64,000 nt of DNA, taken from Bradymonadia bacterium. Lineage in GTDB: Bacteria > Myxococcota_A > Bradymonadia > UBA7976 > UBA1532. The notes beneath the pieces were generated by a model. The model was not told the origin of the DNA. It searched no databases and saw only the letters and a program-made list of their open reading frames with translations. The stretch is from the NCBI GenBank assembly GCA_046290225.1, contig JBKAGE010000078.1, positions 141,460-205,459 on the forward strand, in the 5' to 3' direction. This document shows, piece after piece, positions 18,593 through 28,304 of the stretch; position 1 is the stretch's first letter, and each line of letters starts with the position of its first letter. The translations under genes and the position numbers were made by a program.

Positions 18593-19330
18593 ATGCACGA
18601 CGCACCGACAGCGGGCATCATCCTCATCGGCAACGAGCTGCTCAGCGGCAAGATCGTCGATCAGAACGCCGCCTACCTCACCCGGCGCCTGCACGGCCTC
18701 GGGGTGATGGTGCGCCGGGTTGTCATCATTCCGGATGGTGTTGATCTCATCGCTGAGGAAGTCAGGGTCTTCTCCGAGCAGTTCGATCACGTCTTCACCA
18801 GCGGTGGAGTGGGACCGACCCACGATGACATGACCATTGCCGGTGTGGCCCGAGCCTTCGGTGTGTCCGTAATCACGGATCAGACTCTCGCAGACATCCT
18901 CACCGGACACTTTGGTGATCGCCTCACCGAGGCGCACATGCAGATGGCCACGGTGCCTGATGGGGCTCACCTCATCCATGGCGGCGAAATCACGTGGCCA
19001 GTGGTGTCGATGCGCAATGTGTATGTGCTGCCCGGTGTGCCCCAGATCTTCCGGGCGAAGATCGAGACCATCATCGAGCGCTTTCGACACAAGGAGATGG
19101 TGCTCCAGGCCTTGCTGCTCAATGCCGACGAGGGCGAGATCGCAGCCCACCTCGCCGAGGTCGAAGTGCAGCACAGCGTGAGCATCGGCAGCTACCCTCG
19201 CCTCGATCGTGACTCAGATCATCGTGTGAAGGTCACTGTGGAGAGTCTGGACGGCGCAGCAGTGGAGGCAGCCATTCAGGCGCTGCTGGACAGGCTCGAC
19301 GCCACCTCAGTGGTCCGCGTCGAGCGCTGA
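18593..19330 (+). CDS. MoCF-biosynthesis-domain protein (CinA N-terminal-like / molybdopterin-binding fold)
   Basis: IILIGNELLSGKIVDQNAAYL and SGGVGPTHDDMT are the signature of the CinA/MoaB/MogA family. 17 nt after the upstream gene. Confidence 0.65.
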   Translation: MHDAPTAGIILIGNELLSGKIVDQNAAYLTRRLHGLGVMVRRVVIIPDGVDLIAEEVRVFSEQFDHVFTSGGVGPTHDDMTIAGVARAFGVSVITDQTLADILTGHFGDRLTEAHMQMATVPDGAHLIHGGEITWPVVSMRNVYVLPGVPQIFRAKIETIIERFRHKEMVLQALLLNADEGEIAAHLAEVEVQHSVSIGSYPRLDRDSDHRVKVTVESLDGAAVEAAIQALLDRLDATSVVRVER

Positions 19331-19333
19331 CAC

Positions 19334-20272
19334 CTACTTGCCGCTGACGAAGTAGTCAGTGCGATCTTTGATCAGCACATTGAAGGTGGTGAGGCTGCCG
19401 TAGCAGCGCCTGAGGTAGGTGGCCATGGAGTCGGCCTCGTCAGGCACCACGTGGGGGTGCGCCGAGATGATCTCCTCGAGGGCGTAGAGCTGATCCCTGA
19501 GCAACATCAAACGTCGATAGAAGGCCTGCATCGACTCCTCGACGGTGTTCTGCTCCACGATGTACCGCACCTTGCCACCGGCCCAGCGCTCGCCCATGTC
19601 GGGCACCTTCCGCGTCAGGCTGCTCCACCAGACCTCTTCGGTGAGCTCTCGCAACACGCGGGCTGCGGGGGTCTCTCCAGGGGCGAGCATCCACTGAGTG
19701 GCCAGCCGGGTGATGGCGCCATGGCACACGGTGATGCGCCGGTCGATCTCGAGCTTCTCCACGTCGTGCAGCTGGCTGTGGCTGTTGATCTTCTGCTCGA
19801 GCACCCGAAGGTTGTCGCGCATCATCACCAGCTTGTGGAAGAAAGTGTCGAGGGCAATCTCTTTGATTTTGAGACTCTCGTCGGCGGGCGTCAGGTGCAT
19901 CACCCCCCCGGCCCAGGTGCGGCCGGTGTCTCGGGATGTGACCAGCGTCGACTCCCCGAGGTTGGCCGTCAGATGTACCTTCAGCGCCCCTGCATCGAGG
20001 GCCGACAAGGCGATCTGAATGGTCTCTGCAGGCACATCTACGGGATCGATGACCACGCCACCGCTGCTGCTGGAGCGACGACTTGAGCGTCGGCGGCTGG
20101 AGTCCACCACGACGGGTGGGTTGAGATCACCATGGCGGGAGAAGGAGGGGCATGCCCGGGTCGATTCGGGGATGACCCCCATGAGCTTCTCGAGACGACA
20201 GCGACCGAGGCGGCCATCATCACGGGTGCGCGTCTCTCTGAAGAACCGACAGCCACCGCAGTGCTGCTCCAT
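19334..20272 (-). CDS. hypothetical protein with N-terminal Cys cluster
   Basis: Start chosen at ATG 20272 after a strong GAGGAGG RBS. HCGGCRFF...CRLEK...ACPSF cysteines. Converges on the upstream gene with only a 3-nt gap. Confidence 0.45.
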   Translation of the reverse strand: MEQHCGGCRFFRETRTRDDGRLGRCRLEKLMGVIPESTRACPSFSRHGDLNPPVVVDSSRRRSSRRSSSSGGVVIDPVDVPAETIQIALSALDAGALKVHLTANLGESTLVTSRDTGRTWAGGVMHLTPADESLKIKEIALDTFFHKLVMMRDNLRVLEQKINSHSQLHDVEKLEIDRRITVCHGAITRLATQWMLAPGETPAARVLRELTEEVWWSSLTRKVPDMGERWAGGKVRYIVEQNTVEESMQAFYRRLMLLRDQLYALEEIISAHPHVVPDEADSMATYLRRCYGSLTTFNVLIKDRTDYFVSGK

Positions 20273-20418
20273 CACACCTCCTCTGATCTGCACACAATGA
20301 CTCAGCCCGACGAGTCACCGTATTCGAAGCTATCCCACCTGAGATCATGGCGCTACCCCCTTCCCCAAGGCAGAGCGATCGCACACAGATGTGCTGTGGC
20401 TCCGGGCTGGCCCCTGCA

Positions 20419-22212
20419 TCAGCGGGTCTCCAGGCTCTTCGGGCGGAGCGTCCACTCCACGGCTGGGCGCTTGCCCTCTCTCTCTGGCCGCTCGACCTGC
20501 CACACAAGTCCGGTCCAGCCATCGCGGTTCAGAGGTGTGGGGCTGGGCAAGGCCCGATCTGGGCTCACACTGAGTTGCTGATCGGGGCGGTGAAGAATGA
20601 TCACCCTCGACGGCAACGCGCCGAAGAACTCAGGCACGTCGATGCGCCCGGAGGTGGCGGCGGACGCCTTCTCCACCCACGCCTCCTGATGCAGGCCTCT
20701 CTCGAGAGGCAACGAAAGGAGCACTTCAGCCTCAGGGGGAGCGCCCTGCTCCGGCCCCGAGACGACCCGATGACTCAGCCGCCAGACGGCCTGCGTGTCG
20801 ATCACGACGAGTGTGGTGGATCCTTTGGGGATATTCAGACTGTCGTGCTCCAGGATCTTCGACCAGCGGGGTTCGAGTGCAGGCGGGCGGGTACGCCAGC
20901 TTGCAACCTCGCCACCCCGAACAGCGGCCTCCTCCTTCGCCGTCTCTGCCCATGCCTGGGCCTCGTTGAGGTGCCAGAGACGCGCGAGGGCATGCCAGGG
21001 GCGCGGATCTCGAGGCACCTCTTCAGTGAGTGTTTTCAGTATGGGGAGCGCGATCTGAGGTGAGGTGTCTGTCTGCAACCGGGCTACGGTCAGCCTGCTC
21101 TGAGCTGTGGTGTAGGGTCCTGCGCTCAGCACCGCCAGCGCACGCCAGCGGCTGAGGGGCTTCTCCGCGCCAGCCCCTTCGAGCATGTTCATCGCTGCAG
21201 CCCACTGCCCGTCGGCATCGAGTGGCCACCTACGCCGCCAACGCTCAACCATTTCATGGCGCAGGTCAGAATCACCCAAGAGCGGATCCGCCGCCCACCA
21301 CCAGGCTTGCCGCAGGGCGGTCCACGCCCCTGGCCGGCGCGCCTGAGCTTCCAGCAGATCACTGTAGGTGCCTCTTGGCGTGCTCTCGACGGTCATGGGC
21401 GACATCGGTCGCCCGTGGGCCCCGTCGCTGCACTGGGGCAGAGGCCCAGGTGTTTCGCTCAGCAACCAGAGGGTGACGGGGGCATCCTGAGCGACGACGT
21501 CGAGACCTGCACCGCCAGCGCCCAGAGCCAACTGGCGCCACAGGAAGGCAGCCCCCTGTTCTGAATGCTCGACGAGTTGCACGTCACCCCAGGTGATCTC
21601 CACTGGCCCTCTAGGCGAGCTCACCGCCAGGTGACCACGCCAGGGTGCGTCGAGTGTGCATCGCCAGTGTCCGGTGCTCACGGACAACCAGGGTACGGGG
21701 CGCCCCTCTGCAGGCAGCCTCGCCTCGAGCCAGGGCGTGAGCACAGCCAGCAACTTCACCTGGGGGTGTAGAACATTCCATGCCTCAGACACGGCATCAG
21801 GCAGCAGCTTTGGGCTGGGCCAGCCATCAGCGACCATCCGCCGCGCCACCGCGAGCAGCACAGCGGACTGAGGAGACGCCGGCTTCTCTCGGATGGCCCT
21901 CGAGGCTGCTGCGTCGAACTGCTCTGGTGCCCCAGCCATGGCTGCTCTGATGGCGATCCGGGCGTGGGCTTCTGGTGTGTCCAGGACCCGAGCCACGACG
22001 TCTGCCTGCTCGGGCGCGTCGCCATGAAAATCCAACAGCGATTCCAAACGCCGCAGGCCCACCGGGCCCAGACTGCCATCGACGAAGTGGGCGGCCCTCA
22101 AGGACTCCATCTCCACCTGGAGAGGCTCGGGCTGCTCGTGCGCTGGTGGACGCTGTGGTGCGCCGCAGCCCAGCATCTGCAGTGTCACGCAGGCAATCAC
22201 CAGCCACCTCAT
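20419..22212 (-). CDS. secreted hypothetical protein (about 598 aa; Trp/Arg-rich helical repeats)
   Basis: Start chosen at MRWLVIACVTLQMLGCG (signal peptide, lipobox-like), whose ATG overlaps the upstream stop (ATGA). The long N-terminal extension in the ORF track is Arg/Cys-rich junk. Confidence 0.5.
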   Translation of the reverse strand: MRWLVIACVTLQMLGCGAPQRPPAHEQPEPLQVEMESLRAAHFVDGSLGPVGLRRLESLLDFHGDAPEQADVVARVLDTPEAHARIAIRAAMAGAPEQFDAAASRAIREKPASPQSAVLLAVARRMVADGWPSPKLLPDAVSEAWNVLHPQVKLLAVLTPWLEARLPAEGRPVPWLSVSTGHWRCTLDAPWRGHLAVSSPRGPVEITWGDVQLVEHSEQGAAFLWRQLALGAGGAGLDVVAQDAPVTLWLLSETPGPLPQCSDGAHGRPMSPMTVESTPRGTYSDLLEAQARRPGAWTALRQAWWWAADPLLGDSDLRHEMVERWRRRWPLDADGQWAAAMNMLEGAGAEKPLSRWRALAVLSAGPYTTAQSRLTVARLQTDTSPQIALPILKTLTEEVPRDPRPWHALARLWHLNEAQAWAETAKEEAAVRGGEVASWRTRPPALEPRWSKILEHDSLNIPKGSTTLVVIDTQAVWRLSHRVVSGPEQGAPPEAEVLLSLPLERGLHQEAWVEKASAATSGRIDVPEFFGALPSRVIILHRPDQQLSVSPDRALPSPTPLNRDGWTGLVWQVERPEREGKRPAVEWTLRPKSLETR

Positions 22213-25127
22213 GGCGACACTTCCTCCGCTCTGGGTGTCACGGTGACCGCGGCGGGCTGCGCCTCTCCTGTGACGTCGAGCTCTACCTGCCATGTGTCGA
22301 CGTCCGAACGGGACCAGCGCTGCAGCCCCTTCGGGGGCTGCGTATCCCAACGCTCCGGCACGTTGAAGGTGCCTTCGACACGCACGCGCCAGGGCGTGGG
22401 CACATCGAGCGGTGGGAACGGCCACAGGGGCACACCGACAGGCTCTACTTCGGGGATGCGCAGGCTCACAGTGCCTGTGCGTCCGTCGCGTGCCCCATTG
22501 ATCCATTTCGCAGCGGGAAACGCCTGTTCGAGGTGCGCCATGATGGCGTCGCGTGCAGGCCAACGAGGTGCCAGCGCTGCAGGCAGTTGCACTGCCCACT
22601 GAACCAACACTGCGCCATCTGAAGTCACCTGCCAGCTCAGCGTCGAGGGCTGTTCAGCGGTCAACACGCCAGGGGATGGTGGCACCCATGGTCGAGGCGA
22701 GCCCTGCAGAGGGATCGCCAGATGAGGTGCTCGGAAGTCTCGTGGCACCGGGTGCAGTGTGCCCTCGTAGAAATACTTCTGTCGGGTGGGCAGCCACAGC
22801 GCTGGCTGGTCGAGCTCTTCGAAGAGCGCAGGAGAGTCGGGCAGCATACGGCCGGAGGGCCAGTGACGATGCGCCGCGACCACCAGGCTGTCTTCTCCCA
22901 TCGAGGCCAGCATCGCCTGGAGCGCAAAGGCGCACCCCCATGCGTCCACCCCGTGCAACCCCTCTGCGACACCGCTCAACATGCCCAGGCTATGGGCAGA
23001 GCGCCTCTGGCCACCGCATCGGCCCGTGGAGGACGTCCAGGCCGACCAGACGCTGAGAGGATCCCCCTGTGCATCGGCCCGCTTCGCCGAGATGTATGCG
23101 TCGTTCAGCCTGAGGCGCTCGACGGCGCGCGGATCCGCACGAAGCCGCGCCACCACCGACCAGTCCGCCGCTGTGCTCAGCGCGATCTGCGGGCGGGGTC
23201 CAGAGCGACGCAGACGCCAGCGTCGTACGGGGGCCTCCAGGCGCCCTGCAGGCACACTCTGTACGCCATCCTCCTCGATAAAGCTCACCCACAGAGGCAA
23301 ATCCATGGGCGCCTCGATGTGCAGTTCGAAGTCTCCACCATGACCGGACTCGGGGATCAGGGCCGAGAAGGCCCGTCCAGGGCGGGGGCGTCGATCGACT
23401 GGGGCCCAGACATCTCTCACGAAGAGGCGGCGCCCACCGGATGGTGGCACCTCATCTCCGAGATACTCACCCGCGTCATTGAACCATCGTGTTGTCCGAT
23501 GGCCCGCCACGAGGCCCCCTGGGGCAGTCTCTGGCAGTGGAAGCGGTCGAGTACCTTCACCAGTATCTGGAGGCGCCAGAATCATCAACTCACGGCACCA
23601 CTGAGGGCGGCCTCCAGCATCGAGCCTCAACCACCACCTATCGCTCAGAGTCGTGGGTGTGCTGACCGCCTCGGAAGGCGCCTTCATCACCAGAAGCGCT
23701 GGGGGCGTCGGCGCGTCGAGGTGACAGGGCGTCACGCTCGGATCGAGTTCACCGGCAGCGGCAGCAGCCAGTCGCGTACGGTGTTCGACTTGATCTCTGC
23801 CTTCAAAGTCCCCCAGAGCCAACCCACGGCGCCAGGCCTCTCGAGCTTCCAACAACCGGCCTGCAGCCCAATGTGAATCGCCGAGGGCCGCCCACACTTC
23901 GGCGCGACCAGGGGCGAGCGCTGCGAGGCGCGCCAGGGCCTCTGCAGGCGACGCATTCGTTTGGGCCTCAGTGATGGCCCGGGTCATCGAAAATCCTGGG
24001 TCGTCTGGCCGCCGGCACCCGATCTCCCCCGGGCCGCACATCCCGGAGCGTGCCCCCACGCTCAATCCCAGCCCCCACCCTGCCCAACGTTGTTCACGGG
24101 CCATCCAGTCGGTCATCTGAAGGCCCGAGCGGTCCTGGCTCAGCGAGAGCAGCCTGGCAAGCGCTCGCTGTCGAGTTGTGCCGGAGGCAGTCGCTGCAAG
24201 GGCAGTCCACCCCTGTACATGTGTGGGGTCCGCATCGAGGACGGCCTGCCAGGCGGTCTCGGCGTCGATGCCTGTCACCGTAGCCCAATGGGCCCACTGC
24301 AGGGCACGTTCGAGGTCAGGCCGGGCCAGCCATGCGGCGTAGGCCGTCGCCTGAGGATCCATCCACGCTGTGGGATCGGCGCGACCCACCTCCATCTTGC
24401 CCGCGTCAGTGGCCTGAGAAGGCGGCAGGATCGGGACCCCCTCCCCCTCACCCTTCGACAGCCTGACGATCGCCTCAGCTGGCCGGCGACCACGACACAA
24501 CAGCACCTCAAGCGTGTGCGCGCCGGGGCGTAGTCGGAGCGGCCACCGGCGGGCGTCCAGGCCAGGGCGGTGGCCTGCTTCACCAGAAGCCACCAAGTGC
24601 CCATCCACCCAGATGCGATATGGGCGAGTGGCGCCGATGCCGATCTGCACCCCGCCCTCTCCCTCAAACCGCGTACGCAAAGCCACCCCACCCTCAGCGT
24701 ATCGGACGAGCTCGCCCGCAGGCACCACACCGTTCACCACAGCGGACGAGATGTTTCGAAGGTGCGCCATCTCCCCGCGCTTCCACGGCGGGGCGAGATC
24801 CTGGTCGGCACAGCCCCGCCCCACCACGTGCGGGTCCAGCTCAGCCATCTCCCAATCGACAAAGACCCCCTGCGCCTGGAGGGCTGCGTGGGCCTGCTTC
24901 ACAGCCCCGCGTCGCCCCTCTACCCCGGCGAGGATCACCGCCCGGCGAGCTGCGAGCATCAGACCTGCAACTGGGGGCATGCGCTCTTCCACAGTCTCTG
25001 GAGGTCCGGAAAACACGACCCTCTCCAGGGCGAGGTGAGGCATCGGATCAGGGACGGCGAGATCCTGCCCGTGGGCGAGCGAGACGCCCAACAGAGCACA
25101 AATCATGAAGGTGGGTGCGGTACGCAT
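22209..25127 (-). CDS. large secreted hypothetical protein (about 972 aa) with a possible transglutaminase-like Cys-His-Asp core
   Basis: Start chosen at MRTAPTFMICALLGVSLAHG (signal peptide). WGCAFALQAML..(25 aa)..HRHW..(8 aa)..LPD resembles the transglutaminase-core spacing. I recognise nothing else. Confidence 0.45.
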   Translation of the reverse strand: MRTAPTFMICALLGVSLAHGQDLAVPDPMPHLALERVVFSGPPETVEERMPPVAGLMLAARRAVILAGVEGRRGAVKQAHAALQAQGVFVDWEMAELDPHVVGRGCADQDLAPPWKRGEMAHLRNISSAVVNGVVPAGELVRYAEGGVALRTRFEGEGGVQIGIGATRPYRIWVDGHLVASGEAGHRPGLDARRWPLRLRPGAHTLEVLLCRGRRPAEAIVRLSKGEGEGVPILPPSQATDAGKMEVGRADPTAWMDPQATAYAAWLARPDLERALQWAHWATVTGIDAETAWQAVLDADPTHVQGWTALAATASGTTRQRALARLLSLSQDRSGLQMTDWMAREQRWAGWGLGLSVGARSGMCGPGEIGCRRPDDPGFSMTRAITEAQTNASPAEALARLAALAPGRAEVWAALGDSHWAAGRLLEAREAWRRGLALGDFEGRDQVEHRTRLAAAAAGELDPSVTPCHLDAPTPPALLVMKAPSEAVSTPTTLSDRWWLRLDAGGRPQWCRELMILAPPDTGEGTRPLPLPETAPGGLVAGHRTTRWFNDAGEYLGDEVPPSGGRRLFVRDVWAPVDRRPRPGRAFSALIPESGHGGDFELHIEAPMDLPLWVSFIEEDGVQSVPAGRLEAPVRRWRLRRSGPRPQIALSTAADWSVVARLRADPRAVERLRLNDAYISAKRADAQGDPLSVWSAWTSSTGRCGGQRRSAHSLGMLSGVAEGLHGVDAWGCAFALQAMLASMGEDSLVVAAHRHWPSGRMLPDSPALFEELDQPALWLPTRQKYFYEGTLHPVPRDFRAPHLAIPLQGSPRPWVPPSPGVLTAEQPSTLSWQVTSDGAVLVQWAVQLPAALAPRWPARDAIMAHLEQAFPAAKWINGARDGRTGTVSLRIPEVEPVGVPLWPFPPLDVPTPWRVRVEGTFNVPERWDTQPPKGLQRWSRSDVDTWQVELDVTGEAQPAAVTVTPRAEEVSP

Positions 25128-25261
25128 CGGCGGCAGCATACCCCAAACCGCCGACTCGACGACCCTTTGCAGTCTGCTTCGCGATTCAGCCCTTTGCGCC
25201 TGCGGCACAAGGATGACACACTGCCTGCGTTCGTGCCCCGAATCACAACTCAAGGAGCCCC

Positions 25262-26074
25262 ATGGATCCCCGGCAAGCCATCATCGAAGAGGCCGCCGCC
25301 CACCCTGAAAAACGAGAGGCAGCCCGAGAGGCCGTCTTCAGCGTGCTCGACGACCTCGACCGCGGCGCTCTGCGGGTGGCAGAGCCCGGCGAAGGCGACG
25401 ACTGGATCATCCACGAGTGGATCCGCAGGGCCATCCTGCTGTACTTCGCCCTGAGCCCCATGGAGATCATGGAGGCCCCCCCCTTCGAGTTCCGCGATCG
25501 CATCCGCCCCAAGCAGAACCTCGAGGCCGCCGGCGTCCGGGTGGTCCCCCCTGGCGTGGCTCGGTACGGCAGCCACCTCGAGCCCGGTGTCATCCTGATG
25601 CCGGGATACGTGAACATCGGCGCCCGCGTCGGCGCGGGCACGCTCGTGGACACGTGGGCCACCGTGGGCAGCTGCGCCCAGATCGGTGCCGGCGTGCACC
25701 TCAGCGGTGGGGTGGGCATCGGCGGGGTGCTGGAGCCCCCCGGTGCGAGTCCGGTCATCATCGAAGATCACGCTTTCATCGGATCCCGATGTGTCGTCGT
25801 CGAGGGCGTGCGTGTGGGCAAGGGCGCCGTGCTCGGCGCCAACACCATCCTCACGAAAACCACCCCCATCATCGACGTCACCGGTGAGGCCGAGGTCATC
25901 CACAAGGGTCGGGTGCCCGCAGGCTCCGTGGTGATTCCCGGTGTGCGGCCTCGACAGTTCCCCGCAGGCACGTATCATCTGCCTTGCGCCCTGATCATTG
26001 GCCATCGCACCGAGTCCACTGATCAGAAGACCTCGCTCAACGACGCTCTGCGTCGCTTTGATGTTCCCGTATAG
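25262..26074 (+). CDS. dapD: 2,3,4,5-tetrahydropyridine-2,6-dicarboxylate N-succinyltransferase
   Basis: ALRVAE, VNIGA, TMVDTWATVGSCAQIG, HLSGGVGIGGVLEP, GRVPAGSVV: collinear with DapD hexapeptide-repeat features. Confidence 0.9.
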   Translation: MDPRQAIIEEAAAHPEKREAAREAVFSVLDDLDRGALRVAEPGEGDDWIIHEWIRRAILLYFALSPMEIMEAPPFEFRDRIRPKQNLEAAGVRVVPPGVARYGSHLEPGVILMPGYVNIGARVGAGTLVDTWATVGSCAQIGAGVHLSGGVGIGGVLEPPGASPVIIEDHAFIGSRCVVVEGVRVGKGAVLGANTILTKTTPIIDVTGEAEVIHKGRVPAGSVVIPGVRPRQFPAGTYHLPCALIIGHRTESTDQKTSLNDALRRFDVPV

Positions 26075-26082
26075 GCTGGCAC

Positions 26083-26934
26083 ATGGAAGACGATCTGACT
26101 CGTGACCCGCCACAGGCCTCTCCTGTGGACGATCTCTTCGGCGGCGATGCGCTCGATCTCGGCGAGGCCGAAGCGCCCTCCAAACCCTCGCGGCGGTTTG
26201 GCGGAGGTGGCCGCCGGCCACAGATGAGCTGGGTGATCATGGGGGTGGGCGGGCTGCTGTTCCTCATCATCTTCTGGTACCTGTCCAGCGCCCAGCGCGA
26301 CCGATACTACATCGAAGTCGATGACGGTCAGGTCTCCGTGGAGCGGGGGCTGTTCTTCCCCTTCGGCTCTGGTGAGTGGCAGCCCAACCGCGCGTACAAA
26401 CCCTTCACCCTGCCCCCCGGCGTCACCCCCGAAAAGACCGGGGCCATGACCGCCGAGGAAGCCGATCAGGTGCTCTTCTCGCTCTACATGACCATCGCCG
26501 ATCGTCAGGTGAAGGATCTCGATGGCGGTGATCCCGAGCTCGCGGAAGAAATGCTGCTCCGGGCCAACAAGCTTAACCACACCACCACCAAAGATGATCG
26601 CAAACTGTTGTCCATGATGGGCGATGTGCACTTCACACGGGGCATCTCTCAGATTCGGGGCATCCAAGCCCAGTTCGACGAAGCCCTCGCGCAGTTCCGC
26701 ATGGCAGCCCAGCGAGGTGGCGTCACGTACAAGGGCGCTCACCAGTGGGTTGAGGCCATCGAACGCCTGCGCTCCGAGTTTCGGATTCTCTCCGAGCGCA
26801 GCGGCATCAACCCCGACGAGATCCTCGCCCGACCCCCTCGACCTCTCGATCTCAAGGCGCGCTCCGAAGGCGCCGAAGGCGAAGAAGAGACAAAGGGTGA
26901 CGCGGCCGACGCCGGACCCCCTGAAGAGGACTGA
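26083..26934 (+). CDS. hypothetical membrane protein (single TM)
   Basis: 9 nt after dapD. TM helix WVIMGVGGLLFLIIFWYL. Acidic C-terminus. Confidence 0.45.
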   Translation: MEDDLTRDPPQASPVDDLFGGDALDLGEAEAPSKPSRRFGGGGRRPQMSWVIMGVGGLLFLIIFWYLSSAQRDRYYIEVDDGQVSVERGLFFPFGSGEWQPNRAYKPFTLPPGVTPEKTGAMTAEEADQVLFSLYMTIADRQVKDLDGGDPELAEEMLLRANKLNHTTTKDDRKLLSMMGDVHFTRGISQIRGIQAQFDEALAQFRMAAQRGGVTYKGAHQWVEAIERLRSEFRILSERSGINPDEILARPPRPLDLKARSEGAEGEEETKGDAADAGPPEED

Positions 26935-26986
26935 TCTGACCTTCATTGGGAAGACGCTCGACCTGAAGACGATTAATCCGTGTGCA

Positions 26987-27005
26987 GGGCCGCCACCGGT
27001 GGCCC
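26987..27005 (+). terminator. GC hairpin / perfect palindrome GCCACCGGTGGC downstream of the 26083..26934 gene
   Basis: gggccgccaccggtggccc: a 7-bp stem (one G-T pair) around CACCG. No U-run, so this is weak. Confidence 0.25.
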
Positions 27006-27051
27006 TGTGGCGGCATCCCACTTCTCTGATCGGCTATACTCTCGGCTTGTG

Positions 27052-28251
27052 ATGGGACGACACGCACCAGTCTGGCCGAGGCTCCTCCTCAGTACAGGCG
27101 TCTCGACGGCCATTGTCTTTGCCGCCTTGTGGCTGACGGTGAGCTACGTCCAGATCCCGTCGAAGAGCGAGATGAAGCCGATGTCGCTCCCAGCGCGGCA
27201 GGCGGTCACTCTGCTCACCGAGCGCGAAGTCCGGCAGATGCTCTCTCGCAAGAGCCCTCAGCGCCCCAAACCACCCAAAAAGAAAGAGCCCGAGAAGCCT
27301 GAGGAGAAAAAGATCGATCTCGCCAAGGGTCAGGTGGTGGAGATCCCGCCCCCAGTGCGAGAAGAGGTGCCCGAGAACACCAATCTGGTCTCTGATTACG
27401 ACAGCAAAGTCGAAAAGCAGATGATCGCCAACACCAACAAGCCTCCATCTCAGAAGATGATCAAAGGGCCTGAGGTGAAGGTGTCGCCCGGTGACGATCC
27501 CGACGGCAACACTCGGGAGCGCAAGCGCCCGGCGAAACGCTCGAAGCGCAAGAGCAAGCGCCGCAAGGGCCCTCAGCGCAAAGACGACGGCATCGCACGG
27601 CAGAACCCGTCGGAGAAGGTGGGCCAGCAGAGCAACACCAAGACCAAGAGCGCCAAGTGGCAGGAAGAGGTCCCCGGCGTCAAGGACATGGCCAAGGTGG
27701 CCGACGGCAGCCTGCAGTCCGAGCAGGAGCGCCAGCGGGCCAATACTCAAGGCGGCAACGGGCCCATGGCCTCTGCCGGGGCCCCTGAAGACTACCGCTC
27801 TCTGCTGCCCACCATGGGCCTCACCGAGCAAGAAGCCAGCGTGGGCTCGGTGGACCGCGTCGAAGATGTAGCTGATGGCCCCCAGACCCTGCTCAACACC
27901 CGGTCTTCAAAGTACGCCTGGTTCTTCAACCGGGTGAAGAACCAGGTGGTCCAACACTGGCGCCCGGGTCAGGCCTATCGGCGACGGGATCCTTACGGTC
28001 GGGTGTACGGCCGAAAAGACCGCGTCACTGTGGTGGAGGTCACCCTCAACCCCAAAGGTGGCCTCGAAGACATCTACATCAAGAAAGACAGCGGCGTGGC
28101 CTTCCTCGACGAGGTGGTCATCCAGGCCTTCCAAAAAGCCCAGCCCTTCCCCAATCCCCCAGCAGGGCTCAAGGGGGACGACGGCATGATCACCTTCAGC
28201 TTCGTGTTCTATCTGGAGCTGAACCGCCCGGGGATGCGATTCTTCAGGTAA
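27052..28251 (+). CDS. TonB-family protein (N-terminal TM, Pro/Lys/Glu-rich spacer, TonB C-terminal domain)
   Basis: TM LLLSTGVSTAIVFAALWL; KPPKKKEPEKPEEKK spacer; C-terminal TonB-like fold (YAWFFNRVKNQVVQHW...GVAFLDEVVIQAF...). Start chosen at ATG 27052. Confidence 0.55.
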   Translation: MGRHAPVWPRLLLSTGVSTAIVFAALWLTVSYVQIPSKSEMKPMSLPARQAVTLLTEREVRQMLSRKSPQRPKPPKKKEPEKPEEKKIDLAKGQVVEIPPPVREEVPENTNLVSDYDSKVEKQMIANTNKPPSQKMIKGPEVKVSPGDDPDGNTRERKRPAKRSKRKSKRRKGPQRKDDGIARQNPSEKVGQQSNTKTKSAKWQEEVPGVKDMAKVADGSLQSEQERQRANTQGGNGPMASAGAPEDYRSLLPTMGLTEQEASVGSVDRVEDVADGPQTLLNTRSSKYAWFFNRVKNQVVQHWRPGQAYRRRDPYGRVYGRKDRVTVVEVTLNPKGGLEDIYIKKDSGVAFLDEVVIQAFQKAQPFPNPPAGLKGDDGMITFSFVFYLELNRPGMRFFR

Positions 28252-28304
28252 GGCTCAGTTGGGGCCCGAAGAAGAGTCTCAGAGAAGAGGCCCAGAGGAG
28301 AGGC

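Noticed and set aside
22741-22757. sigma54-type -24/-12 promoter candidates (TGGCAC...TGCA) here and at about 32935 and about 44262
   Set aside because: In each case the GG-to-GC spacing is about 10 nt rather than the required 12, and the -12 TTGC element is poor. They are likely chance matches in GC-rich sequence.
28252-28304. Intrinsic terminator between convergent tonB-like and gcvH genes
   Set aside because: Only a weak GGGCC...GGCCC pairing with a 22-nt loop and no U-run. This is insufficient for a call.
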